64,000 bases of DNA from Oceanispirochaeta sp. (GTDB lineage: Bacteria > Spirochaetota > Spirochaetia > DSM-2461): positions 864,001 to 928,000 of the forward strand of contig CAXXOA010000002.1 of assembly GCA_963666275.2 (NCBI GenBank), read 5' to 3'. This document shows, piece by piece, positions 38,952 to 48,153 of the stretch. The stretch's first letter is position 1, and each line of letters begins with the position of its first letter. The position numbers were made by a program, and so were the translations under genes. Under the pieces are notes generated by a model, which did not search any database, was not told where the DNA came from, and saw nothing but the letters and a program-made list of their open reading frames with translations.

Positions 38952-39542
38952 TCAGTTCTGTTTGATCAGTATGTTGGAAATTCCTATGGCTTCGAGCTTT
39001 CTGGCGTAACTGGCTGTCTGAATTTCCGGAATATCAGCCAGGACGATACGGGTGATGCCCCTGTTGTTGAGGATAGCTTCGGGACTGAAACCGTTCCGTT
39101 CCAGAAGTTCCTTCATGGCCGTGGCATTCTCCAGATTTCTGTAGGCTCCCACCTGGATGGTGAATTTCACTTCCAGCACTTCCATATTATCCACAGTCAG
39201 GATAACAGGGGCGGTGCCTGATTTTATCATGTCCAGTTCCACAGCGGCCGCATAGGAAAGGTCGATGATTCTGCCGTCCACAAAAGGACCCCTGTCATTG
39301 ATCCGGACCTGCACGGTTCTGCCGTTATTCAGGTTGGATACAGTCACAACTGTGTTGAAGGGGAGTTTCTTATGGGCTGCTGTGAGCTCATGTGTATTAA
39401 AGGTTTCTCCATTGGCTGTCAGCCTTCCATGGAACTTTCCTCCATACCAGGAGGCAATCCCCTCTTCATCATAGGCCCAGAGGTTCGCTGCTGCTGAAAT
39501 CATCAGCAGTAAAACAAGAAATTTGCAAATGTTTTTTCCCAT
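38952..39542 (-). CDS. rlpA: RlpA-family lytic transglycosylase with SPOR domain
   Basis: [30 protein letters not shown] and C-terminal IQVGAY. Confidence 0.95.
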   Translation of the reverse strand: MGKNICKFLVLLLMISAAANLWAYDEEGIASWYGGKFHGRLTANGETFNTHELTAAHKKLPFNTVVTVSNLNNGRTVQVRINDRGPFVDGRIIDLSYAAAVELDMIKSGTAPVILTVDNMEVLEVKFTIQVGAYRNLENATAMKELLERNGFSPEAILNNRGITRIVLADIPEIQTASYARKLEAIGISNILIKQN

Positions 39543-39549
39543 AGCTTCT

Positions 39550-39577
39550 CTATCGGCGTTGAAATCCTATCTGTTTA
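39550..39577 (-). promoter_or_regulatory. sigma28-like promoter of rlpA
   Basis: TAAA-N16-GCCGATAG, ending 7 nt before the ATG. Confidence 0.55.
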
Positions 39578-39594
39578 GACTCTTTCCAGACCCG

Positions 39595-39627
39595 GTTCAC
39601 ATTTTGTTCATAACCTCCCCGTATTGT
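39595..39627 (+). promoter_or_regulatory. Direct repeat at 11-bp spacing in place of a -35 box, plus -10
   Basis: GTTCACA 39595, GTTCATA 39606, TATTGT 39622. Confidence 0.5.
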
Positions 39628-39673
39628 TTAAACCGTAACAAAGCATAAAGGTCATTCATTCAGGAGGTTTGAC

Positions 39674-40246
39674 ATGAAAAAGATTTTAATTATCGGTTTA
39701 CTGGCTGCTGCGGCAGGTACAGGTCTGTTTGCCAGAGGCGGCAATGATACGACTCAGCAAGATGCTCCCTACGGATACGGTTCCGGCCCCATGGGCGGAT
39801 ATGGAAGAGGATGGAACGGCGCACCCGGTGCCCAGCAGGGTCCGGGGATGATGTACTGGACCGATCAGGATGGTAATCCTGTCAATGCTCCCCAGTACGA
39901 AGAAGTGACTGTAGAAGGGACCCTGGTTCTTGAGACAGGTACCCATCCCTATATTGAAGAGGCAGGAGTGAAGGTTTTCCTTATGGTTCCCCCTTTTGCT
40001 GTTTACGATCTTGATCTGAAGGGCGGCGAGAGTGTACAGGTTTCCGGATATGAGATCCCCGGAGGCGGGCCCATGTTCTGGAATAGTGACGATTCGGCAA
40101 GATTTGTTCAGGTCCAGACGGCCGTTATCGACGGTGAAGAGCTGACTCTCCAGGGCGGAATGGCTTATGGCAACGGCGCCTGGTGTGGTCCCGGAGCCGG
40201 CGGCGGAATGGGTAGAGCCGGAGGACGCGGTCCCGGAAGGTGGTAA
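39674..40246 (+). CDS. Exported Gly/Met/aromatic-rich protein with a central beta domain
   Basis: AGGAGG RBS and signal peptide. Low-complexity GYG/GMG ends flank a beta-rich core. Confidence 0.85.
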   Translation: MKKILIIGLLAAAAGTGLFARGGNDTTQQDAPYGYGSGPMGGYGRGWNGAPGAQQGPGMMYWTDQDGNPVNAPQYEEVTVEGTLVLETGTHPYIEEAGVKVFLMVPPFAVYDLDLKGGESVQVSGYEIPGGGPMFWNSDDSARFVQVQTAVIDGEELTLQGGMAYGNGAWCGPGAGGGMGRAGGRGPGRW

Positions 40247-40273
40247 TTCTTTAGGCCGTTACTGTGATTTCAG

Positions 40274-40304
40274 GGGAGGTTTCTGCTTCAGGAGCCTCCC
40301 TTTT
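40274..40304 (+). terminator. Rho-independent terminator
   Basis: GGGAGGTTTCTG-CTT-CAGGAGCCTCCC followed by TTTT. Confidence 0.75.
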
Positions 40305-40307
40305 CTG

Positions 40308-40336
40308 TTGCCATAGCGCTCATGGGTCTATATAAT
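40308..40336 (+). promoter_or_regulatory. sigma70 promoter of lysS (leaderless geometry)
   Basis: TTGCCA-17-TATAAT, ending 8 nt before the ATG. No SD sequence. Confidence 0.75.
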
Positions 40337-40344
40337 TCCTTGCC

Positions 40345-41934
40345 ATGAGTAATGATAATAAACCTACATCGACACACTGGGCGGATATCACCGCCGATAA
40401 GATTATCCGCGAACGGGGACCCAAGGAGCACTATACCTGTGCTTCGGGAATTACCCCCTCCGGAACAGTACATATAGGAAACTTCAGAGAGATCATCTCT
40501 GTGGAGCTTGTTGTGAGAGCTCTGAGAGAAAAGGGCGAAAAAGTCCGTTTTATCTATTCCTGGGACGACTATGATGTTTTCCGTAAGGTTCCCAAGAATA
40601 TGCCTCAGCAGGAGCTTCTGGAAACCTATCTGAGAAAACCCATCGTTGTGGTTCCCGATGTCCTGGGCGATCAGGAAAGTTATGCAGCCGCCAACGAGAA
40701 GGAACTGGAAAAGCTACTCCCCCGGGTGGGCGTCTATCCTGAGTATATCTACCAGGCCAAACGCTACAGAGCGTCCGAATACGCCGAAGGAATCAGAACA
40801 GCCCTGGAGCATAAAGAGCAGATCAGAGCCCAGCTGGATGAAAGCCGAACCTCTCCTCTGGCAGAGGACTGGATGCCGGTTTCCGTTTTCTGTACCGCCT
40901 GCGACCGGGATACAACCAAAGTCACAGGATGGGACGGCGATTACGGTGTCTCCTACACCTGCGAATGCGGTCATGAAGAGACCGTGGATCTGAGAAAGAC
41001 CCATGCGGTGAAGCTCCCCTGGAGGATCGACTGGCCCATGCGCTGGAAAATGGAAGATGTGGACTTCGAACCGGCCGGAAAGGATCATCACTCCGAAGGC
41101 GGCAGCTTTGATACGGCCAAAAAGACAGGAAAAGAGACCTATGGTCATGAACCTCCCGTCACCTTCCAGTACGATTTTATCCGCATAAAAGGCCGGGGAG
41201 GGAAGATTTCATCCTCTTCGGGAGAAGTTGTCTCCCTGGCGGATGTTCTTGAAATCTATCAGCCCGAGGTTATCCGTTACCTTTTCGCCGGAACCAGACC
41301 CAATACGGAGTTTGCCATCTCCTTTGATCTGGACGTCCTCAAAATCTACGAAGATTATGACAAGTGCGAAAGAACCTACTTCAATAAACCCGATTCTCCC
41401 AAAGCTCTGAAGAAATGGGAGAAACAGGCCAGAATCTATGAGCTCTCCCAGGTTGATAAAGTTCCTGAAAAAATGCCCTATCAGATTCAGATCCGTCATC
41501 TCTGCAACATCCTTCAGGTATTCGCCGGAGATGTCGACTCTGTAATCGCCTATCTGGGCGATGTGGAACCTGATCAGGTTGAAAGATTCCGTCAGAGAGC
41601 CGTCTGCGCCTGGAACTGGGTCAGGGATTTTGCTCCGGAAGATTTTCAGTTTGCCCTGCGTACCCCGGAAGAGGGAAAGGTCGAACTGGATGAGAAAAAC
41701 ATCGAAGCCATCAGAAGACTCGCCGGAATTATACGGGAGGGAATGGATTCCCTGGATGAAAAAGAGTTCGGTACCAGAGTCTACGACATGATGAAAGAGC
41801 TGGAACTCGAATCGGCTGACTTTTTTACAGCCGTCTACAAAGCTCTTGTCTCCAAGGAAAAAGGCCCCAGGCTGATCAGTTTTCTCTATACAATCGGAAA
41901 GGAAAGGGTTCTGGCTCTGCTGGATCTCTACTGA
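40345..41934 (+). CDS. lysS: Lysine--tRNA ligase, class I
   Basis: HWAD, SGITPSGTVHIGNFRE, KLPWRIDWPMRW, GKDH, KISSSSG and KGPRL. Confidence 0.97.
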   Translation: MSNDNKPTSTHWADITADKIIRERGPKEHYTCASGITPSGTVHIGNFREIISVELVVRALREKGEKVRFIYSWDDYDVFRKVPKNMPQQELLETYLRKPIVVVPDVLGDQESYAAANEKELEKLLPRVGVYPEYIYQAKRYRASEYAEGIRTALEHKEQIRAQLDESRTSPLAEDWMPVSVFCTACDRDTTKVTGWDGDYGVSYTCECGHEETVDLRKTHAVKLPWRIDWPMRWKMEDVDFEPAGKDHHSEGGSFDTAKKTGKETYGHEPPVTFQYDFIRIKGRGGKISSSSGEVVSLADVLEIYQPEVIRYLFAGTRPNTEFAISFDLDVLKIYEDYDKCERTYFNKPDSPKALKKWEKQARIYELSQVDKVPEKMPYQIQIRHLCNILQVFAGDVDSVIAYLGDVEPDQVERFRQRAVCAWNWVRDFAPEDFQFALRTPEEGKVELDEKNIEAIRRLAGIIREGMDSLDEKEFGTRVYDMMKELELESADFFTAVYKALVSKEKGPRLISFLYTIGKERVLALLDLY

Positions 41935-41953
41935 TTCCTTTCATTTTGATCTG

Positions 41954-41983
41954 AAGAGCTCCGGGCAACCGGAGCTTTTTTTT
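41954..41983 (+). terminator. Rho-independent terminator
   Basis: AGCTCCGG-GCAA-CCGGAGCT followed by a T run. Confidence 0.9.
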
Positions 41984-42042
41984 CGGATTCATTTGCGATT
42001 TCTCCCGGGGATGTCTAAAATTTAGAATCGAGGAAATGCGCT

Positions 42043-43197
42043 ATGGAAATATTGAGAAAATTTGTTGCTCCTGAATTTGTCTTCGGAACGGGAAGTCTCG
42101 ACCTGGCCGGCCAGTATGCGGATCATATGGGAGGAAACAGAATCCTTCTTGTGACTGATCAGGGCATAAAAGATTCCGGCTGGTGCGAAAAGGTGGAATC
42201 CGCTCTCTCGGAAAGAGGGATGGAGTATGTGATCTATGATAATATACTGCCCAATCCCAGGGAAGCGCAGATCATGGAAGGTGCCGATTTCTACGACGGG
42301 CAGAACTGCGATGTGATTCTGGCTCTGGGTGGAGGTAGTGTCCTGGATGCGGCAAAGGGCATCGGTATTATTGTCTCCAATGGCGGGCATATCCTTGATT
42401 ACGAGGGAATTGATAAAATTCCCAGTCCTATCCCTCCTCTTATCTGTATCCCCACGACCTGCGGCAGCTCGGCAGATGTCAGCCAGTTTGCCATTATCAC
42501 CGATACGGGGAGAGGGAAAAAAATCGCCATTGTTTCCAAAGCACTGGTACCGGATATTTCTCTCATTGATCCGGGAACCCTCGTCACAATGAACCGGGAT
42601 CTGCTTTCTGCTGTTTCTCTGGACACCCTGACCCATGCCATAGAAGCCTATGTCTCCACAGCCCATTCCTTCATGACAGACAGGCATGCCCTGGGCGCTA
42701 TCGAGCTTATCGGAGCTTATCTGCCCCGGGCTCTGGATGATCCGGGAAATCTGGAGTATCTGAGCAAACTTATGCAGGCCTCTCTGGAGGCGGGGCTGGC
42801 CTTTTCCAATGCCAGTCTGGGTATGGTGCATGCTATGGCCCATGTCCTGGGCGGTTTAAAGGATTTTCCTCATGGAGAATGTAACGGACTCCTTCTCAAG
42901 GGGGTTTGTGAGTATAATTATGCCAGCTGTGCCGAACGGTACGATAGCATTTCCTCTGCTCTGGCGGCCTCTCATGGCGAGAAAGCCGCTGAAGGAGTCG
43001 GGGGCATACTGCAGGAAATTGACAGACTTGTGGAAGCTACCGGCATCAAGGAGAATCTTGGTCGCTTTGCTCTCAGTGCAGGGGAATGTCAGACCCTGGC
43101 CGAATTGTCACTACAGGATATTTGCAGCGTAACCAATCCCAGAGAACCGGAGGTTACAGAGATAAGGGACATATATGAAAGAACCTTCATGGGATAA
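42043..43197 (+). CDS. Iron-containing alcohol dehydrogenase, ErcA-like regulatory subfamily
   Basis: LRKFVAPEFVFG, GGGSVLD, PTTCGSSADVSQF, HAIE, HAMAH and HGECN. Confidence 0.9.
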   Translation: MEILRKFVAPEFVFGTGSLDLAGQYADHMGGNRILLVTDQGIKDSGWCEKVESALSERGMEYVIYDNILPNPREAQIMEGADFYDGQNCDVILALGGGSVLDAAKGIGIIVSNGGHILDYEGIDKIPSPIPPLICIPTTCGSSADVSQFAIITDTGRGKKIAIVSKALVPDISLIDPGTLVTMNRDLLSAVSLDTLTHAIEAYVSTAHSFMTDRHALGAIELIGAYLPRALDDPGNLEYLSKLMQASLEAGLAFSNASLGMVHAMAHVLGGLKDFPHGECNGLLLKGVCEYNYASCAERYDSISSALAASHGEKAAEGVGGILQEIDRLVEATGIKENLGRFALSAGECQTLAELSLQDICSVTNPREPEVTEIRDIYERTFMG

Positions 43198-44509
43198 TAA
43201 AAATCAGAACCGGGACTCTCTGCGGCAGCAGGTCATAGGGCTGGGAGAGAAGAGTTTCCGGAAAAACTACTACTCTGATCTGAAACATTCCCGTCTGGAG
43301 CTGCAGCGGTTCCGGGCCGTTCTGGAAGATATTCCCGATATGATCATCATTCTCAATCGGAAAGGAACTATCCTGGATCTGAATAAAACTGCCATGAGAG
43401 TTCTTCAGGGACAGAATCGCCAGCTGGTGGGGGAACATATCTCACGGATCGATTCCATTGATTTTCCCCGGTTGAATGCCCCTGAGTCTGAACGCTTTAT
43501 AATGGAAGAAGTCGTGGGTGAGGGAGAAAAGCGGAAAGTCGTTTCCCGGATGATGTACCTCCGGGAGGTCCCTCTGGAGAAGGAATCCCTCTATATTATC
43601 ATCGGAAGGGATGTGAGCCAGCTGATTCAGACTGAAAAGGAACTCAAAACACTCAACCAGAATCTGGAACAGACAGTGGAGGAGAGAACCTTTCAGCTAC
43701 AGAATAATCTGCATCAGCTCAAGTCGGCGCAGCAGCAGCTGATTAACTCGGAAAAAATGGCTCTCATGGGGGAGCTCGTCGCCGGGGTGGCCCATGAGAT
43801 CAATACGCCTCTGGGCATCGGAGTGACTGCCTCCAGTGCTCTCTGGAGCAAGGTGGATGAGATGGAGAAACTCTATCAGTCGGATAACATGACCGAAGAG
43901 GATTTCCACGGATTTATAGAATATCTGAAAGAATCCTCGGGGTTAATTCTGGTGAATATGCAGAGGGCTTCAGAACTGATTCAGTCATTCAAAAGGGTTG
44001 CTGTGGATCAGAGCTCTGATGTTACCCGATATATCAATTTCGGAAGCTATCTGAAAGATGTGGTCAGAAGCCTCAAACCCCAGTGGAAAAAACATAACAT
44101 TGAACTGGCTGAGTCGGAAAAACTGGAAATCGAAACCACCCCGGGCGTCTGGTCCCAGATCCTGAGTAATCTCATCCTCAACTCCATCCATCATGGATTC
44201 CGGGAGGATCATGTCAGCGGTACAATCAGAATTGGATATACAGTCAGAGGCAAAGAGCTGGAACTCTCCTATCAGGATAACGGTTCGGGTATCCCCGACG
44301 ACCTTCTTGATAAAATATTCGAACCCTTTTTCACCACAAGGAGGCACGAAGGGGGGTCAGGCCTGGGAATGCATATAGTCTATAATCTCATCAGCTATAA
44401 GTTGAAAGGGACTATCACGCATTTCAGACCCGAAGGGGGAGGCGCGGGATTCCTGATCACCGTCCCCCTGGATCATATCGACAAATCCTCAGCGGAACAT
44501 TCCCTTTAG
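43175..44509 (+). CDS. Soluble PAS histidine kinase with ErcS-like N-terminus
   Basis: IGLGEKSFRKNYYSDL, PAS, AHEINTPL, NSIHHG, DNGSGI and GSGLG. Overlaps the ADH gene by 23 bp. Confidence 0.92.
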   Translation: MKEPSWDNKNQNRDSLRQQVIGLGEKSFRKNYYSDLKHSRLELQRFRAVLEDIPDMIIILNRKGTILDLNKTAMRVLQGQNRQLVGEHISRIDSIDFPRLNAPESERFIMEEVVGEGEKRKVVSRMMYLREVPLEKESLYIIIGRDVSQLIQTEKELKTLNQNLEQTVEERTFQLQNNLHQLKSAQQQLINSEKMALMGELVAGVAHEINTPLGIGVTASSALWSKVDEMEKLYQSDNMTEEDFHGFIEYLKESSGLILVNMQRASELIQSFKRVAVDQSSDVTRYINFGSYLKDVVRSLKPQWKKHNIELAESEKLEIETTPGVWSQILSNLILNSIHHGFREDHVSGTIRIGYTVRGKELELSYQDNGSGIPDDLLDKIFEPFFTTRRHEGGSGLGMHIVYNLISYKLKGTITHFRPEGGGAGFLITVPLDHIDKSSAEHSL

Positions 44510-45367
44510 GAGATAATCTTTTCTCCGCCATCTGGGATTCACTTTTACCCTTAAATCCAGCCGGACTTTATAGGGAAAGATCTTTTTAAACTCTTTGAGA
44601 GCGGCTATGCGGATCCATTTGATCCTTTTTCCCTCTTTTCCCACTACAATCCCCACCTGGGATTCGGACTCTACAGTGATAAAGGCTCTTACCCAGAGTT
44701 CTCTGCCTTCCTCTTTCATTTCCGTATCGGAAATTTCTACATACAGAGCATGAGGCAGTTCATCTGTCACCTGGGAAATCGCTTTTTCCCTTATGATTTC
44801 AGCTATTCGGAATTCCGGTTCCTGATCGGTATAGTACTCTTCGGGGTACATCATTTCCCCTTCAGGAGCCAGCTCAAAAAGACGGTCCTTCAGTTCGGCA
44901 ATGCCCTTTTCCTTCAGAGCGGATGTTTCCAGCATGGCTTCGGGATGAACATTGACATTGAGTATCCCTTTGATTTCGCTCAGGTAGTGTCCTTTTATGT
45001 CTGTTTTATTAATAACAAGGAGAACCGGCTTTTCCTTCTGTTTGTTCAGGAGTTCAATGATTTCCTGCTCCTCTTTTCCGGGAGATCTTGTGGCGTCAAC
45101 CACATACAGAACCATATCCGCTTCATCCAGTGAGGAGTAGACGACTTCTTTAAGGTACTGGTTGAACTTTTTGTCCGAATGGTGGTATCCAGGGGTGTCA
45201 ATGAAAACAAGCTGCCCCCTCTCCTCCGTGAGGATTCCCCTGATTTTATTTCTGGTTGTCTGGGGGACGTCCGCTGTTATCGAAACTTTCTCACCGCAGA
45301 GTGCGTTGACTAAAGTGGATTTTCCAGCCGAAGGACGGCCGATTATGGCAACAAATGCCGATTTCAT
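44489..45367 (-). CDS. era: GTPase Era
   Basis: GRPSAGKST, PQTTRN, DTPG, NKTD, EIIREK and KH domain. Confidence 0.97.
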   Translation of the reverse strand: MKSAFVAIIGRPSAGKSTLVNALCGEKVSITADVPQTTRNKIRGILTEERGQLVFIDTPGYHHSDKKFNQYLKEVVYSSLDEADMVLYVVDATRSPGKEEQEIIELLNKQKEKPVLLVINKTDIKGHYLSEIKGILNVNVHPEAMLETSALKEKGIAELKDRLFELAPEGEMMYPEEYYTDQEPEFRIAEIIREKAISQVTDELPHALYVEISDTEMKEEGRELWVRAFITVESESQVGIVVGKEGKRIKWIRIAALKEFKKIFPYKVRLDLRVKVNPRWRRKDYLLKGMFR

Positions 45368-45427
45368 ACTTTTATTTCCTTTGAGAGAATTTTAAGAGCC
45401 TTGGTTCTTTTTCCCATTTATATTAAA

Positions 45428-45456
45428 TTGCCATTCTGACAAGAATTCAATATATT
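45428..45456 (+). promoter_or_regulatory. sigma70 promoter of clpP
   Basis: TTGCCA-17-TATATT. Confidence 0.6.
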
Positions 45457-45504
45457 ATTAGAAACACTGCTCGCGAAAGCAGCATTCAGTAAGGAGACTA
45501 TACT

Positions 45505-46116
45505 ATGATCAGACGCCTGGAGGAAGAGGGAAAAGAGCCAAAAAACAATACTGACCAGGATGCTCTTTCTCAGAAAATGCTCAAAACAAGAACTATTATC
45601 CTTTCAGGGGAGATCAATAAAGAGCTGGCCGAAAAGGTTATCCGTCAACTCCTCCTGCTGGAAGCGGACGGCGACGGCCCCATTAAAGTCTTCATCGACT
45701 CTCCCGGAGGAGACGCCGATGCGGGGTTTGCCATCTACGACATGATCCGTTTTATCAAACCCGATGTCTATACGATTGGAATGGGACTGGTTGCCAGTGC
45801 GGGAGCTCTTATTCTCCTGGCTGCCCCTGTGAACAGAAGGATTGGACTTCCCAACTCCCACTATCTGATTCACCAGCCCCTGAGCGGTATGCGCGGTGTG
45901 GCCACTGAAATTGAAATTCATGCCAATGAGCTTGAAAAACTCAGGGTAAAAATCAATAAACTGATCTCAGATGAGACAGGCCTGGATTTAGACAAAGTCA
46001 GCAAGGACACAGACAGGGATTACTGGATGAGTGCTGATGAAGCTCTGGAATACAAGCTTATATCCCAGGTGGTAACAACCCGGGCCGAACTGGAGATGGT
46101 GGAATCAGGAAACTGA
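45505..46116 (+). CDS. clpP: ATP-dependent Clp protease proteolytic subunit
   Basis: DSPGG, GLVASAG (catalytic Ser), IHQP and DRDYWMSA. Confidence 0.96.
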   Translation: MIRRLEEEGKEPKNNTDQDALSQKMLKTRTIILSGEINKELAEKVIRQLLLLEADGDGPIKVFIDSPGGDADAGFAIYDMIRFIKPDVYTIGMGLVASAGALILLAAPVNRRIGLPNSHYLIHQPLSGMRGVATEIEIHANELEKLRVKINKLISDETGLDLDKVSKDTDRDYWMSADEALEYKLISQVVTTRAELEMVESGN

Positions 46117-46150
46117 TTTTTATCAGGCTCCTCTGTCCGGCAGGTATCAG

Positions 46151-46192
46151 AAGTCTCAATGTTTTTTTAAGAAAAACATTGAGACTTTTTTT
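46151..46192. terminator. Long hairpin terminator between convergent genes
   Basis: AAGTCTCAATGTTTTT...AAAAACATTGAGACTT followed by a T run. Confidence 0.8.
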
Positions 46193-46217
46193 ATTATTTT
46201 TTTCATGAATCACATGT

Positions 46218-46844
46218 TCAGAGTATCGACTTCACCTTCTGAGCCACAGTTTCGCCCAGTTTTTTATGCTCCTCTTTTTCAAGATGGATCCCGTCTACAG
46301 GGCTGGAAACTATATAGTCAGCCGTATTCAGAAAATAGCAACCCAACTCTTCGGCAATACGATTGTACTCTATGGCAAAATTCCGGGATTTTTTGATCCC
46401 GCCTATAAAGGATTCCGCATAGGTTTTCATTTCCACCGCCACGGGAGGGCTCATAAGAAGCAGCCGGGGACTCCCGTTTCTGAAGGCTTCGGGACTTTTA
46501 TAGATCAGGTTGCCCAGACGGCCAATGCTCAGGGCTATATCGTAGGCGGTAACAGAGAAGCGGTTTTTCAGATCGTTTGTTCCCAGCATCATAACTACCA
46601 GATCAAGAGGTTTATGGGACTCCAGGCAGACAGGAAGATGTTTATACCCGTTTTTATCGCCGCTAACAGGATCATCCCATACCGTGGTTCTCCCGTTCAA
46701 TCCTTCTTCTATGACAATATAATCGGGCCCCAGCTCTTTCTGGAGAACCCCTGTCCATCGCTGATCTTCCGGATATCTTTCACAGCTTGAAGGATTCCAC
46801 CCCCATGTATTGGAGTCGCCGAAGCAGAGAATTCTTTTCATCAC
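46218..46844 (-). CDS. SGNH/GDSL-family hydrolase
   Basis: FGDSNTWG, EEGLNGRTT, MLGTND and DGIH. Confidence 0.95.
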   Translation of the reverse strand: MMKRILCFGDSNTWGWNPSSCERYPEDQRWTGVLQKELGPDYIVIEEGLNGRTTVWDDPVSGDKNGYKHLPVCLESHKPLDLVVMMLGTNDLKNRFSVTAYDIALSIGRLGNLIYKSPEAFRNGSPRLLLMSPPVAVEMKTYAESFIGGIKKSRNFAIEYNRIAEELGCYFLNTADYIVSSPVDGIHLEKEEHKKLGETVAQKVKSIL

Positions 46845-46942
46845 AGACCTCTTTTCCGTACTTTTCTAGGACGTATTATACCCGATTCGGGAAGAATCAG
46901 CAAAAATTGAATCAGCAGGGTTTTTTTTTCTGTTAAACAGAT

Positions 46943-47992
46943 ATGGGTAAATCGACAGAGCATTTTTTGATTCAGATCTTACTGATACTCCTCTTTTTTA
47001 CAGCCTGTTCCTGCAGGATCCCAACGGCGGGAGAGAGTTCCGTTCTCACCATAATGACCTGGAATGTACAGAACCTCTTTGATGCTGTTTCCGACGGGGG
47101 AGAGTATTCTGAGTTTGATCCCCTGAAATCAGACTGGAACGACGAGCTCGTAAAAATCCGTCTGGAAAATATCTCCCGAGTCATTCTTTCTGTAGACGAA
47201 GAGGGACCGGATATCCTTCTGTTTCAGGAGGTGGAGAATGCCTCCCTTCTGGAGCGGCTGAACCGGGAATATCTGGGAGATTCCTATACCTACTGCGGGG
47301 TGGCCGTATATACGGAAAATTCCATTCACTGCGGGTTTCTCTCCCGGATAGAACTATCACAGCAACATATTTTTCAGCCGGGAGAATACGGAGAATTTCC
47401 GCTGAGGGCAATTCAGGAACTCCGTTTCCGGGCCGGTGGGGAAGAGCTTGTGATTCTGAACAATCACTGGAAATCCCGGTCCGGAGGGGCTTTCGCCACT
47501 GAATCCGGGCGCGTCTCCTCCGCACAGATGATCGCCCGGAGGATCCGGGAACTGGAGGAGGAGGGACTCAGGCAGATCCTTGTCGCAGGAGACCTGAACG
47601 GCAGTGCCGGGGATTTCCGGGAAGGCGGTATTCAGACGGCTCAGATCCCGGTAGAGGCCTTCTATGAGAGTCCCTGGCTGGACAGCCTCTATATTGCCGG
47701 AGATCCTGAAGATCTGAATGGTTCGGAAGATAAGGTGGTTCTCTACTCCCCCTGGGAGGAGATGGAGAGTGAGGGCAGTTATTTTTTTCAGAATCGGTGG
47801 ATGAGGCTGGATCACTTTCTCATGACAGAGGCATTTTTTGATGGAGCCGGATGGGAACTGGATGGGACGGAGTGCTTCGATGAGCCTCCTTTCTGCACCG
47901 ATGAGGGCAGGCCTCTCAAGTGGGAGAGCTGGAAAGGAAGCGGTCTTTCCGATCATTTTCCCCTGGTACTCCGTTTGAGGCTGGATGAATAG
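46943..47992 (+). CDS. Endonuclease/exonuclease/phosphatase-family lipoprotein
   Basis: Cys-containing signal peptide, TWNVQNLFD, QEVEN, NHWKS, GDLN, LDH and SDHFP. Confidence 0.92.
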   Translation: MGKSTEHFLIQILLILLFFTACSCRIPTAGESSVLTIMTWNVQNLFDAVSDGGEYSEFDPLKSDWNDELVKIRLENISRVILSVDEEGPDILLFQEVENASLLERLNREYLGDSYTYCGVAVYTENSIHCGFLSRIELSQQHIFQPGEYGEFPLRAIQELRFRAGGEELVILNNHWKSRSGGAFATESGRVSSAQMIARRIRELEEEGLRQILVAGDLNGSAGDFREGGIQTAQIPVEAFYESPWLDSLYIAGDPEDLNGSEDKVVLYSPWEEMESEGSYFFQNRWMRLDHFLMTEAFFDGAGWELDGTECFDEPPFCTDEGRPLKWESWKGSGLSDHFPLVLRLRLDE

Positions 47993-48027
47993 GCCCGGCT
48001 GCTGACGGGAAAATCCTCTCTCAGGGC

Positions 48028-48056
48028 TTGGATTTCTTCTCTCTTGGATCGATAAT
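48028..48056 (+). promoter_or_regulatory. sigma70 promoter upstream of the aminopeptidase leader
   Basis: TTGGAT-17-GATAAT. Confidence 0.55.
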
Positions 48057-48064
48057 GTTTCTTA

Positions 48065-48133
48065 TATACCTACCTGATTTTGAAGGGTTCTTCCTGATCC
48101 CAGGAGGAGACTCTCGCAAGGTATGGAATCAGG
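48065..48133 (+). other. Candidate structured 5' leader RNA
   Basis: Hairpin 48084-48114, plus pairings 48066-71/48119-24 and 48073-80/48126-33. Confidence 0.4.
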
Positions 48134-48153
48134 AATTGAGCAGGAGTTAAGAT

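Noticed and set aside
48063..48135. HDV-like ribozyme or fluoride riboswitch reading of the leader
   Set aside because: The crossing topology is superficially similar, but the short P3/L3, the catalytic C junction and the fluoride consensus are missing.
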